Positions 45,608-58,600 of a DNA stretch of 64,000 bases are shown here, piece by piece. Position 1 is the first letter of the stretch, and each line of letters begins with the position of its first letter. The notes beneath the pieces were generated by a model. It did no database searches. It saw nothing but the letters and a program-made list of their open reading frames with translations, and was not told where the DNA came from. The position numbers were made by a program, and so were the translations under genes. The DNA is from Heteronotia binoei (Eukaryota): positions 17,484,001 to 17,548,000 of the forward strand of contig NC_083227.1 of the NCBI RefSeq assembly GCF_032191835.1, written 5' to 3'.

Positions 45608-48252
45608 TATAGGGATAGGGAGGGAAGGGTTGGAGGTGGGGTGGCTCTGTATGTCAGAGAGGATATACGGTCCGGCAAGACTGAGGTCAGAGAATTAGAT
45701 TCCCTTTTAGAAATGCTTTGGGTTGAAATAGAGGGCCCAAAAGGAAATTTAACTATGGGAGTTTATCGCCCACCAAATCAAAAGAGAGAAGACGATTATA
45801 ATATGATGGAAGGATTAAAGATAGCGGCTAAACGTAAAAACTGTGTTGTAATAGGTGATTTTAACTACCCTCAGATTGATTGGGTCAATATGTGTTCTGG
45901 TCGAGAGAAAGAGATTGAGTTTCTTGATGCTCTCAATGACTGTGCTATGGAGCAGATGGTCTCAGAACCTACCAGAGGTGGGGCGATCCTGGATCTGGTC
46001 CTAAGTAATGCCCAAGACTTAGTGAGAGACGTAAAAGTGATTGCGCCGCTTGGGAACAGTGACCATAATGTTATTGATTTCACCGTTTGTATAAATAGGG
46101 AGTTGCCCAAAAAGACCGCCACAACCACATTTAACTTTAAAAGGGGTAAATTCTCTGAGATGAGGAGGCATGTGAGGAGGAAACTGAAAGGAAAGGTAAA
46201 TACGGTCAAAACCCTTGGGGAAGCTTGGAGACTATTTAAAACTATAATCCTAGAAGCTCAGATAAAATACATACCACAAGTTAGGAAAGGCACAAACAGG
46301 TATAAGAAGAGGCCAGCATGGTTAACAAACAAAGTAATGGAAGCTGTAAAAGGTAAGAAGGACTCCTTTAAGCGGTGGAAAACCAGTCCAAGTGAGATTA
46401 ATAAAAGGGAACACAGGCAGTGGCAAATCAAATGCAAGACTGTGATCAGGCAGGCAAAAAGGGACTATGAGGAGCATATTGCAAAAAACATAAAGACCAA
46501 CAATAAAACTTTCTTCAAATATATTAGAAGTAGGAAACCAGCCAGGGAAGCAGTGGGGCCCTTGGATGACCATGGGGTAAAAGGATTACTGAAGGAGGAT
46601 GGGGAAATGGCTGAGAAGCTGAATGCATTTTTTGCCTCCGTCTTCACCGTGGAAGATGAGAAGTGTTTGCCCGCCCCAGAACCACTAATATTGGAAGGGG
46701 TGTTGAAAGACCTGAGTCAGATTGAGGTGACAAAAGAGGAGGTCCTACAACTAATAGACAAATTAAAAACTAATAAGTCACCGGGTCCGGATGGCATACA
46801 TCCGAGAGTTCTGAAAGAACTCAAAGTTGAACTTGTGGATCTTCTAACAAAAATCTGTAATCTTTCATTGAAATCTGCCTCTGTTCCTGAGGACTGGAAG
46901 GTAGCAAATGTCACCCCGATCTTTAAAAAGGGTTCCAGAGGAGATCCAGGAAATTACAGGCCAGTCAGTCTGACTTCAATACCGGGAAAGTTGGTAGAAA
47001 CCATTATCAAGGACAGAATGAGTAGGCACATTGATGAACACAGGTTATTGAGGAAGACTCAGCATGGGTTCTGTAAGGGAAGATCTTGCCTCACTAACCT
47101 GTTACATTTCTTTGAGGGAGTAAACAAACTTGTGGACAAAGGAGACCCGATAGATGTTGTTTACCTTGACTTCCAGAAAGCTTTTGATAAAGTTCCTCAT
47201 CAAAGGCTCCTTAGAAAGCTTGAGAGTCATGGAGTAAAAGGACAGGTCCTCTTGTGGATCAAAAACTGGCTGAGTAATAGGAAGCAGAGAGTGAGTATAA
47301 ATGGGCAGTCTTCGCATTGGAGGACGGTAAGCAGTGGGGTGCCGCAGGGCTCGGTACTGGGTCCCATGCTCTTTAACTTGTTCATAAATGATTTAGAGTT
47401 GGGAGTGAGCAGTGAAGTGGCCAAATTTGCGGATGACACTAAATTGTTCAGGGTGGTGAGAACCAGAGAGGATTGTGAGGAACTCCAAAGGGATCTGTTG
47501 AGGCTGGGTGAGTGGGCGTCAACGTGGCAGATGCGGTTCAATGTGGCCAAGTGCAAAGTAATGCACATTGGGGCCAAGAATCCCAGCTACAAATACAAGT
47601 TGATGGGGTGTGAACTGGCAGAGACTGACCAAGAGAGAGATCTTGGGGTCGTGGTAGATAATTCACTGAAAATGTCAAGGCAGTGTGCGTTTGCAATAAA
47701 AAAGGCCAACGCCATGCTGGGAATTATTAGGAAGGGAATTGAAAACAAATCAGCCAGTATCATAATGCCCCTGTATAAATCGATGGTGCGGTCTCATTTG
47801 GAGTACTGTGTGCAGTTCTGGTTGCCACACCTCAAAAAGGATATTATAGCATTGGAGAAAGTTCAGAAAAGGGCAACTAGAATGATTAAAGGGCTGGAAC
47901 ACCTTCCCTATGAAGAAAGGTTGAAACGCTTAGGGCTCTTTAGCTTGGAGAAACGTCGACTGAGGGGTGACATGATAGAGGTTTACAAGATAATGCATGG
48001 GATGGAGAAAGTAGAGAAAGAAGTACTTTTCTCCCTTTCTCACAATACGAGAACTCGTGGGCATTCGATGAAATTGCTGAGCAGACAGGTTAAAACGGAT
48101 AAAAGGAAGTACTTCTTCACCCAAAGGGTGATTAACATGTGGAATTCACTGCCACAGGAGGTGGTGGCGGCCACAAGCATGCCACCTTCAAGAGGGGGTT
48201 AGATAAAAATATGGAGCAGAGGTCCATCAGTGGCTATTAGCCACAGTGTGTA

Positions 48253-48287
<35 letters not shown>

Positions 48288-48364
48288 TTGGCCGCTGTGT
48301 GACACAGAATGTTGGACTGGATGGGCCATTGGCCTGATCTAACATGGCTTCTCTTATGTTCTTA
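45608..48364 (+). mobile_element. 5'-truncated CR1 LINE, long open ORF2 (45641-48202)
   Basis: GDFN endonuclease motif, SDH, PGPDG, YLDFQKAFD, PQGS and FADD RT motifs; CR1 tail cttatgttcttat. Confidence 0.95.
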
Positions 48365-49028
48365 TAAAGAAGTTCAACATTACAAGATTGCAAAGAAAAG
48401 TCCATCCACAGAACCACTACCAGGATCAGACTGAGAAAGGGATTGAAAAGAAATGGATAGAATGCAATTTCTATATATCTCCCTCTCTACATCTCCTATT
48501 AATTGTTAAATATAAGGCTGGCTCCTTAGCACAAATATATAGATTTTTGCAGGAGTTCCATTAACTTCAGGCTTCTCCCCCAAGTGTAGTGAGCACAAAA
48601 GAGCCTTTCTCCTCTTTTCTCCGAGGAGTCTTATTCTCTGTCTCCTCCCACTGATTAGGTGAGGCAGGGTCAAAGAAGCTTTTCCTAAAGTTTTCAGTTT
48701 TCAGTTTTTTCCTGAAGCCTTTTTAGTCTTTATTCCTCCAGATCCCTGTTTCCTGATTCAGGATAGAGGGAGATAACTTGATTATCCCTAGATCTTTGTT
48801 CCCTGATTCAGGGTGGAGGGAGAGAATTTGATTATCCCATTGTTTCTTGCCTGCTCAGAGAGGAAAAACTTTGAAACTCAGAATGAAGGTTTTGCTTAGT
48901 TCACACCTCCATCCCAAAATGCATTTCTTCACACATCTAAGACATTACACAGGTGGGGAGTCATGTAAGTGGCCAGAGTCCCAAACAAGCATCTCTGATG
49001 CAGGAAACTTAATGTACTTTAAAAGTGT

Positions 49029-49316
49029 GAGCAGAGTGGTAAAGCTGCAGTACTGCAGTCCAAGCTCTGCTCATGGCCTGAGTTCGATCCCAGAGGGAGC
49101 CAGGTTCAGGTAGCTGGCTCAAGGCTGACTCAGCCTTCCATCCTTCCAAGGTTGGTTAAATGAATACCCAACTTGCTGGGGGAAAGTGTAGATGACTGGG
49201 GAAGGCAATGGTAAACTACCGCATAACAAAAAGTCTGCCAAGAAAATGTCGTGATGTGACATCACCCCATGGGTCAGTAATTATTAGGTGCTTGCACAGG
49301 GAACCACCTTTACCTT
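49029..49316 (+). mobile_element. Sauria SINE
   Basis: tRNA-like head and acctttaccttt tail; absent from the paralogous position at ~20575 in gene B. Confidence 0.85.
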
Positions 49317-49438
49317 TATTATTGTATGCTTCAGTATACAGAAGAAGACACTGAAATATTTGGAGTGTGGATGAAACTTCCAGTGCAGATTAGATCTCCT
49401 TGCATGGGTTCTTAAAGGGTCTTTCTTTATTCCAACAG

Positions 49439-51576
49439 GAAATGATCAGCATAACAAGGAAGATGGGGAACAGCATCCTTTATCCCCAGATAAAATCCAG
49501 AATGAAGACATGAGTGGAAGCTTCAGGAATCAAGGAAAACCTAAGAGGGAGAAAGGCAGCCATGTGGTCAAGAAGAGGGACAAACCCATTCCTTGCCAAG
49601 GGGGGGATTTCCAAGAAGCCATTCACATGGTGGAGGAAAAAGACAAGGGCTTGGAGTGTGGAAGGAACATCTCAGATCAAACCCAATATAATATCCATTT
49701 AGAAATGCACAGTGGAAAAAAGACCCAGTCCCTGGAGAGTAGAAAGAAAATGATTTGCAGAGCAGAGCTTTGTAGACATCAAATAATACATACAGGAAAG
49801 AAACCTTATAGGTGTTCAGATTGTGGCAAGAGTGTTCCAGAGAAATCAGACTTTGTTCAGCACCAAAGGATTCACTCAGGAGAGAAGCAGTTTATCTACT
49901 CAGACAATGGAATGGTGTCCTCTGGTGAAAAAAAGCATAATCTACACTTCCCAAAGCCCAGTATAATGAAGGCACATAAATGCTTTCAGTGTGGAAAGTA
50001 CTTCAAATATAGAACACATCTCATTGTGCACCAAAAGGTCCACAGAGGGGAGAAACCGTTTGAATGCTCAGAGTGCAGGAAGAGATTCAGTTCCAATAGC
50101 CTTCTTCGAAGACATTTAGGAACCCACTCAGAGGAGAGGCCCTTTGAATGCTCAGAGTGTGGGAAGAGATTCCGTTCCAGTGGCCATCTTAAAGAACATC
50201 GACGAACCCACACAGGGGAGAAGCCTTTTGAATGCTCAGAGTGTGGAAAGAGATTCAGTCAGAGTAGCCATCTTCAAAAGCATCAAGTAACCCACACAGG
50301 AGAGAAGCCCTTTGAATGCTCAGAGTGTGGGAAGAGATTCAGTGACACTTGTGGTCTTCAAAGTCATCTAAGAACCCACACAGGGGAGAAGCCCTTTGAA
50401 TGCTTAGAATGCGGGAAGAGATTCCGTCGGAGTGACGGTCTTCAAGAGCATCAACGAACCCACACGGGAGAGAAGCCCTTTGAATGCTCAGAGTGTGGGA
50501 AGGCATTTAGTTCTAGTAGCAGTCTTCAGAAGCATCGACGGATCCACACAGGGGAGAAGCCCTTTGAATGCTCAGAGTGTGGGAAGAGATTCAATCACAG
50601 TTGTGGTCTTCAAAATCATGTAAGAACCCACAGAGGGGAGAAGCCCTTTGCATGCTCAGAGTGTGGGAAGAGATTCAGTCACAGTTGTGGTCTTCAAAAT
50701 CATCTAAGAACCCATACAGGGGAAAAGCCTTTTGAATGCTCAGAGTGTGGGAAGAGGTACAGTCTCAGTGGCAGTTTGCAACAGCATCAACGGACCCACA
50801 CAGGGGAGAAGCCCTTTGAATGCTCCGAGTGTGGGAAGACATTTAGTCGAAGTGGCTATTTTCAAGAGCATCAAAGAATCCACACAGGGGAAAAGCCTTT
50901 TAAATGCTCCGAGTGTGGGAGGACATTTATTCAGAGAAGCCACTTACAACAGCATCTAAGAACTCATACAAGGGAGAAACCCTTTGAATGCTCAGAGTGT
51001 GGGAAGACATTCAGTCGGAGAGCCTCTCTTCAGCAGCATTTAAGAACCCATACAGGGGAGAAGCCCTTCGAATGCTCAGAATGTGGAAAGAAATTCAGTC
51101 TCAGTGGCATTTTTCAACAGCATCAACGAACCCACACAGGGAATAATCCCTTTGAATGTTCAGTGTGTGGGAAGAGATTCAGTCTCATTGGCAGTTTTCA
51201 ACAGCATCAACGAACCCACACAGAAGAGAAGCCCTTTCAATGCTCAGTGTGTTGGAAGAGATTTAATCGGAGTTGCAATCTTCAACAGCATCAACAAACC
51301 CACACAGGGGAGAAGCCCTTTGAATGCTCACAGTGTGGGAGGAGATTCCGTCAGAAATGCACTCTTCAACAGCATCAGAGTATCCACACAGGGGAGAAGC
51401 CCTTTGAATGTTCAGACTGTGAGAAAACATTCAGTCGGAGAGCCACTCTTCAACAGCATCAAAGAACCCACACAGGGGAGAAGCCCTTTGAATGTTCAGA
51501 GTGTGGGAAAAGATATAGTTGGCATGGCAGTTTTCGACAGCATCAGCGAACCCACAGAGGGGAGAAGTCCTTTTGA
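49439..51576 (+). CDS. Gene C zinc-finger exon, 20 C2H2 fingers
   Basis: ccaacag acceptor in phase 1; open to TGA at 51576; assembled CDS 423+115+71+127+2138 = 2874 nt (957 aa). Confidence 0.93.
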
Positions 51577-51915
51577 ATACTCAGTGTGGGAAAACATTCA
51601 GTCAGAGAGCCACTCTTCAACAGCATTAAAAAATCCACACGGGAGAAGCCCTTTGAATGTTCAGAATGTAGGAAAAGATTCAGTTGGTATGGCAGGTTTC
51701 AACAGCATCAGTGAACCCACAGAGGGGAGAAGACCTTTTGAATACTCAGAGTGTGGGAAGACATTCAGTTAGAGTGGCACTGTTTAACAGCATCAGTGAA
51801 CTCCCACAGGGGAGAAGCCCTTTGAATGTTCAGTGTAGGAAGAGATTCAGTCAGAGTGGCCATCATCAACAGCATCAATGAACCCTCACTGAGGAGCAGC
51901 CATTAGAATGCTCAG
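51577..51915 (+). pseudogene. About four fossil fingers downstream of the gene C stop
   Basis: Finger repeats continue after an extra T (tccttttgaa) and carry indels and stops. Confidence 0.85.
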
Positions 51916-52604
51916 AGCAGTGGTGGCCAAACTCACTTAATGCAAGGGCCACATTAATGGCAGATGTTTGAGAGCCTCAAGACATGAACAAATATTACAG
52001 ACATGTCTTTCTTAAAAGTCTTAATACTTTCTTTGCATAGAAATATAAAATACATATGTGTGCACTTGACAACACAACTGTGCAAGAAGGATATTCTTTA
52101 AAAGACAAATGCAAAGACAAATTTTTTAAAAGACAAATCTTTGGCATAGTAGAAGGAAATACACATGTACCCATAAATAACTGACCACCGTTTGCATCCT
52201 TATGCATCTCTCTTTGCCTTGACACCAAGGCAAGTAAATACAGCTCCCAGAATAGCTATGAAACTAAGGGGGAACCCTGCACCGCTCTCTTTAATTCTGT
52301 CCCTCCTCCCTGTTGCTTCCTTAGCTCTTGCACTCTCTTTCCCCCCTCTAGATCTCTGGGCAACCTCTGTGGTAGAGGAGAAGAGCTTGCAAGCCTGCCT
52401 ATCTCCCCTTTCTTCTCCACTTCACACCATGGAAATATTTGCCTACATATGGGTCAGACCTAGGAAACTGACTGAGGTCCCAATGCTAAACAGGGTTACT
52501 TGAGAGTAAGCCTGCATTAAGTGCCTCCTTGATCTCTGGGAGCCATGTAATATGTGTGAAAGAGCTGCATGTGGCTCCCAAGCCAGAGTTTGGCCAGCCC
52601 CAAT

Positions 52605-53508
52605 GTGTGATCTAATAATGCCCACTGTTATCATCGAAGTACTGTGTGGCCCTATCATGCTGGTTTCTAGCACATTGAGGGCTTCTCACCTTGAGATCAG
52701 GTTTGGTGGATGATGCAGTGGGTGATCTCATAATGCTCATTGTTTACATCACTGAATTGTGTGGCCCTCTCATGCTGGTTTGTAGCACAGTGAGAGCTGC
52801 TAAGCTTGACACTGAGTTTTCTGGATGATGTAGTGGGTGATCTAATAATATTACACAAGCATGTCTCTCCCATTTCCCAGCTGATATGAGAATCAGATGG
52901 AGGAGTCTCAATGAGAAGAAAAAAAGATACACATTTATTGCAGTAAGCAGGAAACCATTCCCTCCTTGGACAAAAGCACAGTTCCGGCTTCTCATTCATT
53001 GGCAAGTTAGTTTTATACATTTCTGTTCTTCAAATCATCTACATGATTTGTTAGTTACTTCGATAGAAATACAGTTGTTCATTGATGCTGAATCTAAATT
53101 ATGGCATTTACTGATTGGCTTTTTTAAGGTTGTATAACTACTCTCTTCTACGCATGTGTGCACTGTCTTCTGTGTCTGTGTAGCTAAATATAATTATACA
53201 ATTCATCCCCTGGGTTGTGTTTCTACTATATTTATAAGTGGATATTCTAATATGGTTATAAGGCACAGAGTTCTTGTTCCACAATAATGCCCAGTTTTTG
53301 CATCATTGAACTGTGTGGCTCTATCATGCTGTCTTGTAGCACAGTGAGGACTGCTCAGCTTGACATCCTGTTTGGTGGATGATACAGTGGGTGATGTAAT
53401 AATGCCCACTGTTTGTATCACTGAACTGTGCATCCCTACTATGCTGGCTTGTAGCACAGCAAGGGCTACTTAGCTTGACATCCAATTTCATGGATGATGC
53501 AGTGGGAC
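52605..53508. repeat. Interrupted ~116-bp tandem array (about four diverged units)
   Basis: gtgatctMataatg recurs at ~52606, 52722, 52838; two more units at ~53281-53508. Confidence 0.8.
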
Positions 53509-53809
53509 TAGTCCAACCCCCTTCTCAATGCAGGATCAGCTTACAGCCAATGGGGAAAATAGAGGCTTTGATCTGTAGCTCCTGTGCGACTGAACAAGCC
53601 TGGCAAAGCAAGCTGTGATGCAGAAGGAAGCAAGAGAGAGAAAGAAGGAAGCAGACAACAACCAGTTGCTTGATGATCTGATAGGAGCTCTCCGGAGGCC
53701 TGATTTGGCCCCCAGGCTGCATGTTTGACACTCCTGGTCTAATCTGTATTTGGCTGAATACTTGAAAAATACTGATGAGATATATTACCAAGGGCACACA
53801 CCTATAATC

Positions 53810-53985
53810 CACTCAAGCGAGAAGCCCTTTGAATGCTCAGAGTGTGGGAAGAGATTCAATCACAGTAGCACTCTTCAAAGACATCTAAGACCCCACACAG
53901 GGGAGAAACCTTTTCAACGTTCTGTGTGCACAAACAGGTACAGTCACAGCGGCATTCTTCAACAGCATGTAAGTAACCACATAAA
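53810..53985 (+). pseudogene. Distal fossil zinc fingers of gene C
   Basis: [33 protein letters not shown]; paralogous to 33360-33545. Confidence 0.8.
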
Positions 53986-54622
53986 GAGAAACTCCGTAAC
54001 AGCCCAGAATTGTTACTTGTTTGTTATGAGGGCCTGATGGGATGTAAATGTCACTTTGGCAGTGTTACATTGTGGCAAGTTGTAAAAATGGCGATTTTCC
54101 CTTATTGTATAATTGTTTTTCCCTGGTACCTTAGGCCCAATAGTCTGTGTTTTCATTTCCTCTGTCAGTGGCTGGATGTTAGTGTTTCTTCAAGCAGAGG
54201 CATTGAACATAGGAACATAAGAGAATCTATGTTGGATCAGGTCAATGGCCCACCCAGTCCAACACTGTCACACAGTGGTAAAAAAACAAGGTGCCATCCG
54301 AAGGTCCAATCAGGACACTGTTGCGTCCCCACCCCAGCACCAAAAGCCCTGCTTTTGTTCCAGTAAAACTGTCAATCCTTCTGGCACAGTGTGCTTATGG
54401 AATTATTATAGTCAGGCTGGGCCATGTGTGCCATTAAATAGAACATCAAGAACAAGCAATATAAACTTCAGAAAGGACACCCAATTAACCCAATTAACGA
54501 TACTATTTTTTATTCAAAATACAAACACGCTTAAATCCTTAACAGCCGTACACTGTTTTCTTTGATAACTGACACTGCTTGCTCTGAATTATTGCATCAA
54601 AATTTGGAGTCGACATCTATGC

Positions 54623-54910
54623 CAGGGGTGGCCAAACTTGCTTAATGTAAGAGCCACATAGAATAAACATCAGATGTTTGAGAGTTGTAAGGCATGAATG
54701 TCAGATGTTTGTGACATGGAGGGAGGTGGATAGAAAGCAACTTTAAATGCATTCTCCAAACTACTGGTTAGCTTGGCTTGGAGAAGAAAGATTTAAAGAG
54801 AGAAATGCCTTCTCCAAGCCAGCCAATGGGATGGGGGGGGGCTTCAAGAGCCACACAATATATGTGAAAGACCCACATGTGACTCATGAGCCGCAGTTTG
54901 GCCATCCATG
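54623..54910. mobile_element. hAT-type MITE
   Basis: TIRs caggggtggcc / ggccatccatg; TSD atctatgc/gtctatgc. Confidence 0.85.
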
Positions 54911-55607
54911 GTCTATGCTGTAGTGATCTTGAGTATGCTGTTTTAGTGTGTATCTTGAAGCTGAGAATGTACTTTTGATTTATGGATATTTATTACAGAA
55001 AAGAGCTGTTCACAGACATACATTTCATTTCATTTTGAATAAATAAAACATTGTCCCAAACACAAGCAGAATTTTAGAAGCAAAAGCCTTAAGTTGGGGA
55101 TCACCTGAAATTTGCTAATGCCAACTTCAGAAAGTTTACCTTTCATCACAGCATCCCAGTGCTCCCCCAACTACCTGAGATTTGTACAATCCTTTCATAA
55201 GTAGGCAGGGAGCAGTGTGAATGTCCCATTCTGTTGACTGTACTGACTCACTATGTGTAATTCTGCTTGAATACGCCTCCCACTGTAGAGGAACTTTTCC
55301 AGTCCATCTTCCCCACCCCACTCCTCTCTCCCTCCCCTCAAGCACCTGACGCTCATGTCTTGCAGCTCTCAAACATCTGACGCTTATTCTATGTGTCTCT
55401 TACCTTAAGCTTGGCCACCCCTGTGCCAAAGCATCCATTTCCTCCTGTGTGTGGTACAAAGTGATCAGGATAGAAGGTTGAACTGTTTATTTCTCTGCAG
55501 ACAAGGGACCCTAGCAGTCAAGCCAAGAAGCCTGACTGACTGATTGAAATCTATGACCTATCTGCAAAAACCTTAAATACCTTTTCTCTTGATATAATCA
55601 TTTTAAT

Positions 55608-58600
55608 CTGAGAAGTTCGTGGGCAACTAGAGCAGAGCGTCGTTCAGGGCGACCACTGCCTACTGTGTCAAGCATGGTTCTGATGTTCCAACACGCAAGC
55701 TTTAGTCTTTGCACACTTTGTGAGGCAGGTGCATGCCTTTTCTTTGTTGTTATTTTTCGACCGCAAGTAAGGATGCCCGTTGACCGCGGCTAGCCAACTG
55801 GGGTGGGGGAGACGAGCTTTGTTTAGGCCACCTTTTCTAGGCCCCTCTCCGTGTGGAGCAAGCAGTGCTGTCCCTAGATAAGGCTGCTTGGTCGTTCAGG
55901 GTGCTGCCGAAAGATGCTTTCGTCTCCGGGTTAGCATCAGGCGACCAATATCCTGAACCGCCTACATGCAGGATCGGGACTGCGGCTTCCAGTGGCACCT
56001 TCCACCTGCCGTTTCGCCCCTTGCCTATCGCTGCAGGACTTGATGCGTTGTGGGTTGTGTGTGTGGATATGCCCTTCAGGCCTGCGCAGAGGAATTTTTT
56101 AGGTGAAGCGCAGTGTGCGCGGTACTGGCTCCACCCTTTCACCTGGGGGTCATCTGCCATGGCCCAGTAAGCCGGGACGCCGGCAGCGAGTCCTCCAGGT
56201 GGTAGGTGTTACATTAACGAGCTCTATCTGCCCGGGTTTGATGTTAGAGTTTTCCTTCTCTTAGGCTGACGAAGTTGGTGGGCCCAGCCTGCCCATCCGG
56301 TTATACCGCCGGACAATTCGGTCACACCATGACGTAGCAAACTCTGTGAAAACGGGGGGGGACCAGCGAGAAGGTGTTGCTACGGATGCAGTAATGTAGG
56401 AGAGGCCATTGCAGTGACCATCTGCCAGGCATAGCCAGACAGTAACCACACGGCGTTCACTACACCGGGAGAGGAGAGGCTATGTATTGCGCATGCACTT
56501 TCCCTGGGGGGGTAGGATTCCCAGAGGGAATTCTTCTCATGCTACCATACCACCCTATAATGCACAGAATGGAGGAGGGGGATATTTATTCAAATGTAGG
56601 AAGGAAACACTTTCCCCTCCAGCATGAATTTTGAGGCAGCATAATCATGCCAAAGGATTCTATCATGAGCACTTGCACATTTGAATCCTTTTATGTTAAA
56701 ACTGGACCCAAAATCATGCCTGCTCCCTTGAATCCCAAAGGTCTATTGGATGCTAGGTCAAGCAATTGGTGCCTCTCTTCCCACCTCCATTAAATGGCTG
56801 CCAATCCTAGGTATTCAGTATTAGTAGAACTGAAACCAACATCACTTTTTAGCAAAGTAGATTCTGTTGCAAATCACATGTATCCCAAATCAAAAAACAT
56901 ACAAAGTGATTCTGGCTAATGAAGAACTGTTCTTTGATTACATGACTGTTTTTACAATGCTAGAAAGTTTCGACAGCTGTTCTATTATTCTGCAAATAAT
57001 TTAAAGCATTTATCTTCAGCCTAGAAGATTACTATGTTAAGTGATTACTTAGCAATGAGAAATAGTCAAGAACAAAGTATGAGTTCTTTAGGCTATTATG
57101 GGTATCGCTTGCATCCACAACAGAACTTCTCAGGTTGAATATCGACATAGCAGCTCTCAGTGAGGTCCGTTTCCCTGAGGAAGGTAGTCTTCAAGAACAC
57201 GGTGCTGGCTATACCCTCTACTGGTCGGGTAAGTCAAAGGCTGAGAGCCGCCTTTCTGGCGTTGGCTTCATGGTCAGGAACTCCATTGCCTCCAAACTCG
57301 AAAACCTGCCAACAGGTCACTCAGATCGCATCATGTCCATGCGCCTCCCACTTCAAAACAAGCAGCATGCAACACTCTTCAGTGTGTATGCCCCAACCCT
57401 TCAAGCAGATCCTGCAGAAAAGAACAAGTTCTATGCTGATCTACACAACCTCGTACGGAAGACCCCTACAGAGGACAAGGTGATCATCCTTGGCGACTTC
57501 AATGCCAGAGTAGGTAAAGACTCGGAAGCCTGGAAAGGAGTACTTGGCAAACACGGCATTGGCAACTGCAATGACAACGGGCGCCTCCTGCTAGAATTCT
57601 GCATGGAGCACCAGCTCACCATCACCAACACTATCTTCCAGCAGAAGAACAGTCTGAAGACAACCTGGATGCACCCACGGTCCAAGCACTGGCACCTCAT
57701 CGACTACATTCTGGTGCGCCAGAGAGACCTTCGAGATGTCTTACACACCCGAGTAATGCCCAGTGCAGAATGTCATACGGATCATCGTCTTGTACGCTGC
57801 AATCTCCGTCTTCACTTTAAACCCACACCCAGGAGAGGAGGTATCCCTCGGAGGAAGTTTCAGGTTGGCAGCCTCCAGTCAGCCGAAGTTAAAGCTGCCT
57901 TCCAGGCAAAACTCCAGTCAAGAATTGAGGACCTCAGTTGCCCCACAGACCCTTCTCCAGAAGCACTCTGGGAACACCTAAAAACTACCGTCCTGCAGAT
58001 CTCTGAAGAAGTCCTCGGGTTCTCCACAAGGAAGAACAAGGACTGGTTTGATGAGAACAATCAAGAGATCCAAGAATTACTGGCAAAAAAGAGATCTGCC
58101 TACCAAGCACATCTTGCTCAGCCCTCCTGTCCTGGGAAAAAAGCAACCTTTCGCGCTGCATGTAGCAACCTCCAGCGCAAGCTTCGAGACATTCAGAACG
58201 AGTGGTGGACCAAGCTTGCAGAGAGAACCCAGCTGTGTGCAGACACTGGTGATTTAAGAGGGTTCTACGAAGCCCTGAAGGCAGTATATGGTCCATCATA
58301 TCAGGCTCAGAGTCCCTTGCATAGTGCAGACGGCCAAGTGCTCCTCACAGACAAGGCATCCATACTGAACCGGTGGTCGGAGTATTTTCAGATTCTCTTC
58401 AGTGCCAACCGCGTAGTTCAAGATTCAGCAATCCACCTCACCCCACTTCAACCGGTGAAAACAGAGTTGGATGAGATCCCCACCCTAGAAGAGACTGTTA
58501 AAGCCATCAAGCAACTGAAAAGTGGCAAGGCAGCAGGAGTTGATGGAATTCCACCAGAGATCTGGAAGCATGGGGGCACAGTACTACATAGCTCACTTCA

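Noticed and set aside
39143-51576. Assigning a mammalian gene symbol to gene C
   Set aside because: Squamate SCAN-KRAB-ZNFs are lineage-specific expansions and orthology cannot be inferred from this sequence.
51083-51772. 229-aa ORF with regular repeats (and similar ORFs at 21267, 22440, 50732)
   Set aside because: Off-frame reading of the 84-bp zinc-finger repeat.
55608-55760. Possible structural-RNA-derived 5' end of the RTE
   Set aside because: I could not match it to any snRNA, snoRNA or rRNA I recognise; a covariance-model search is needed.
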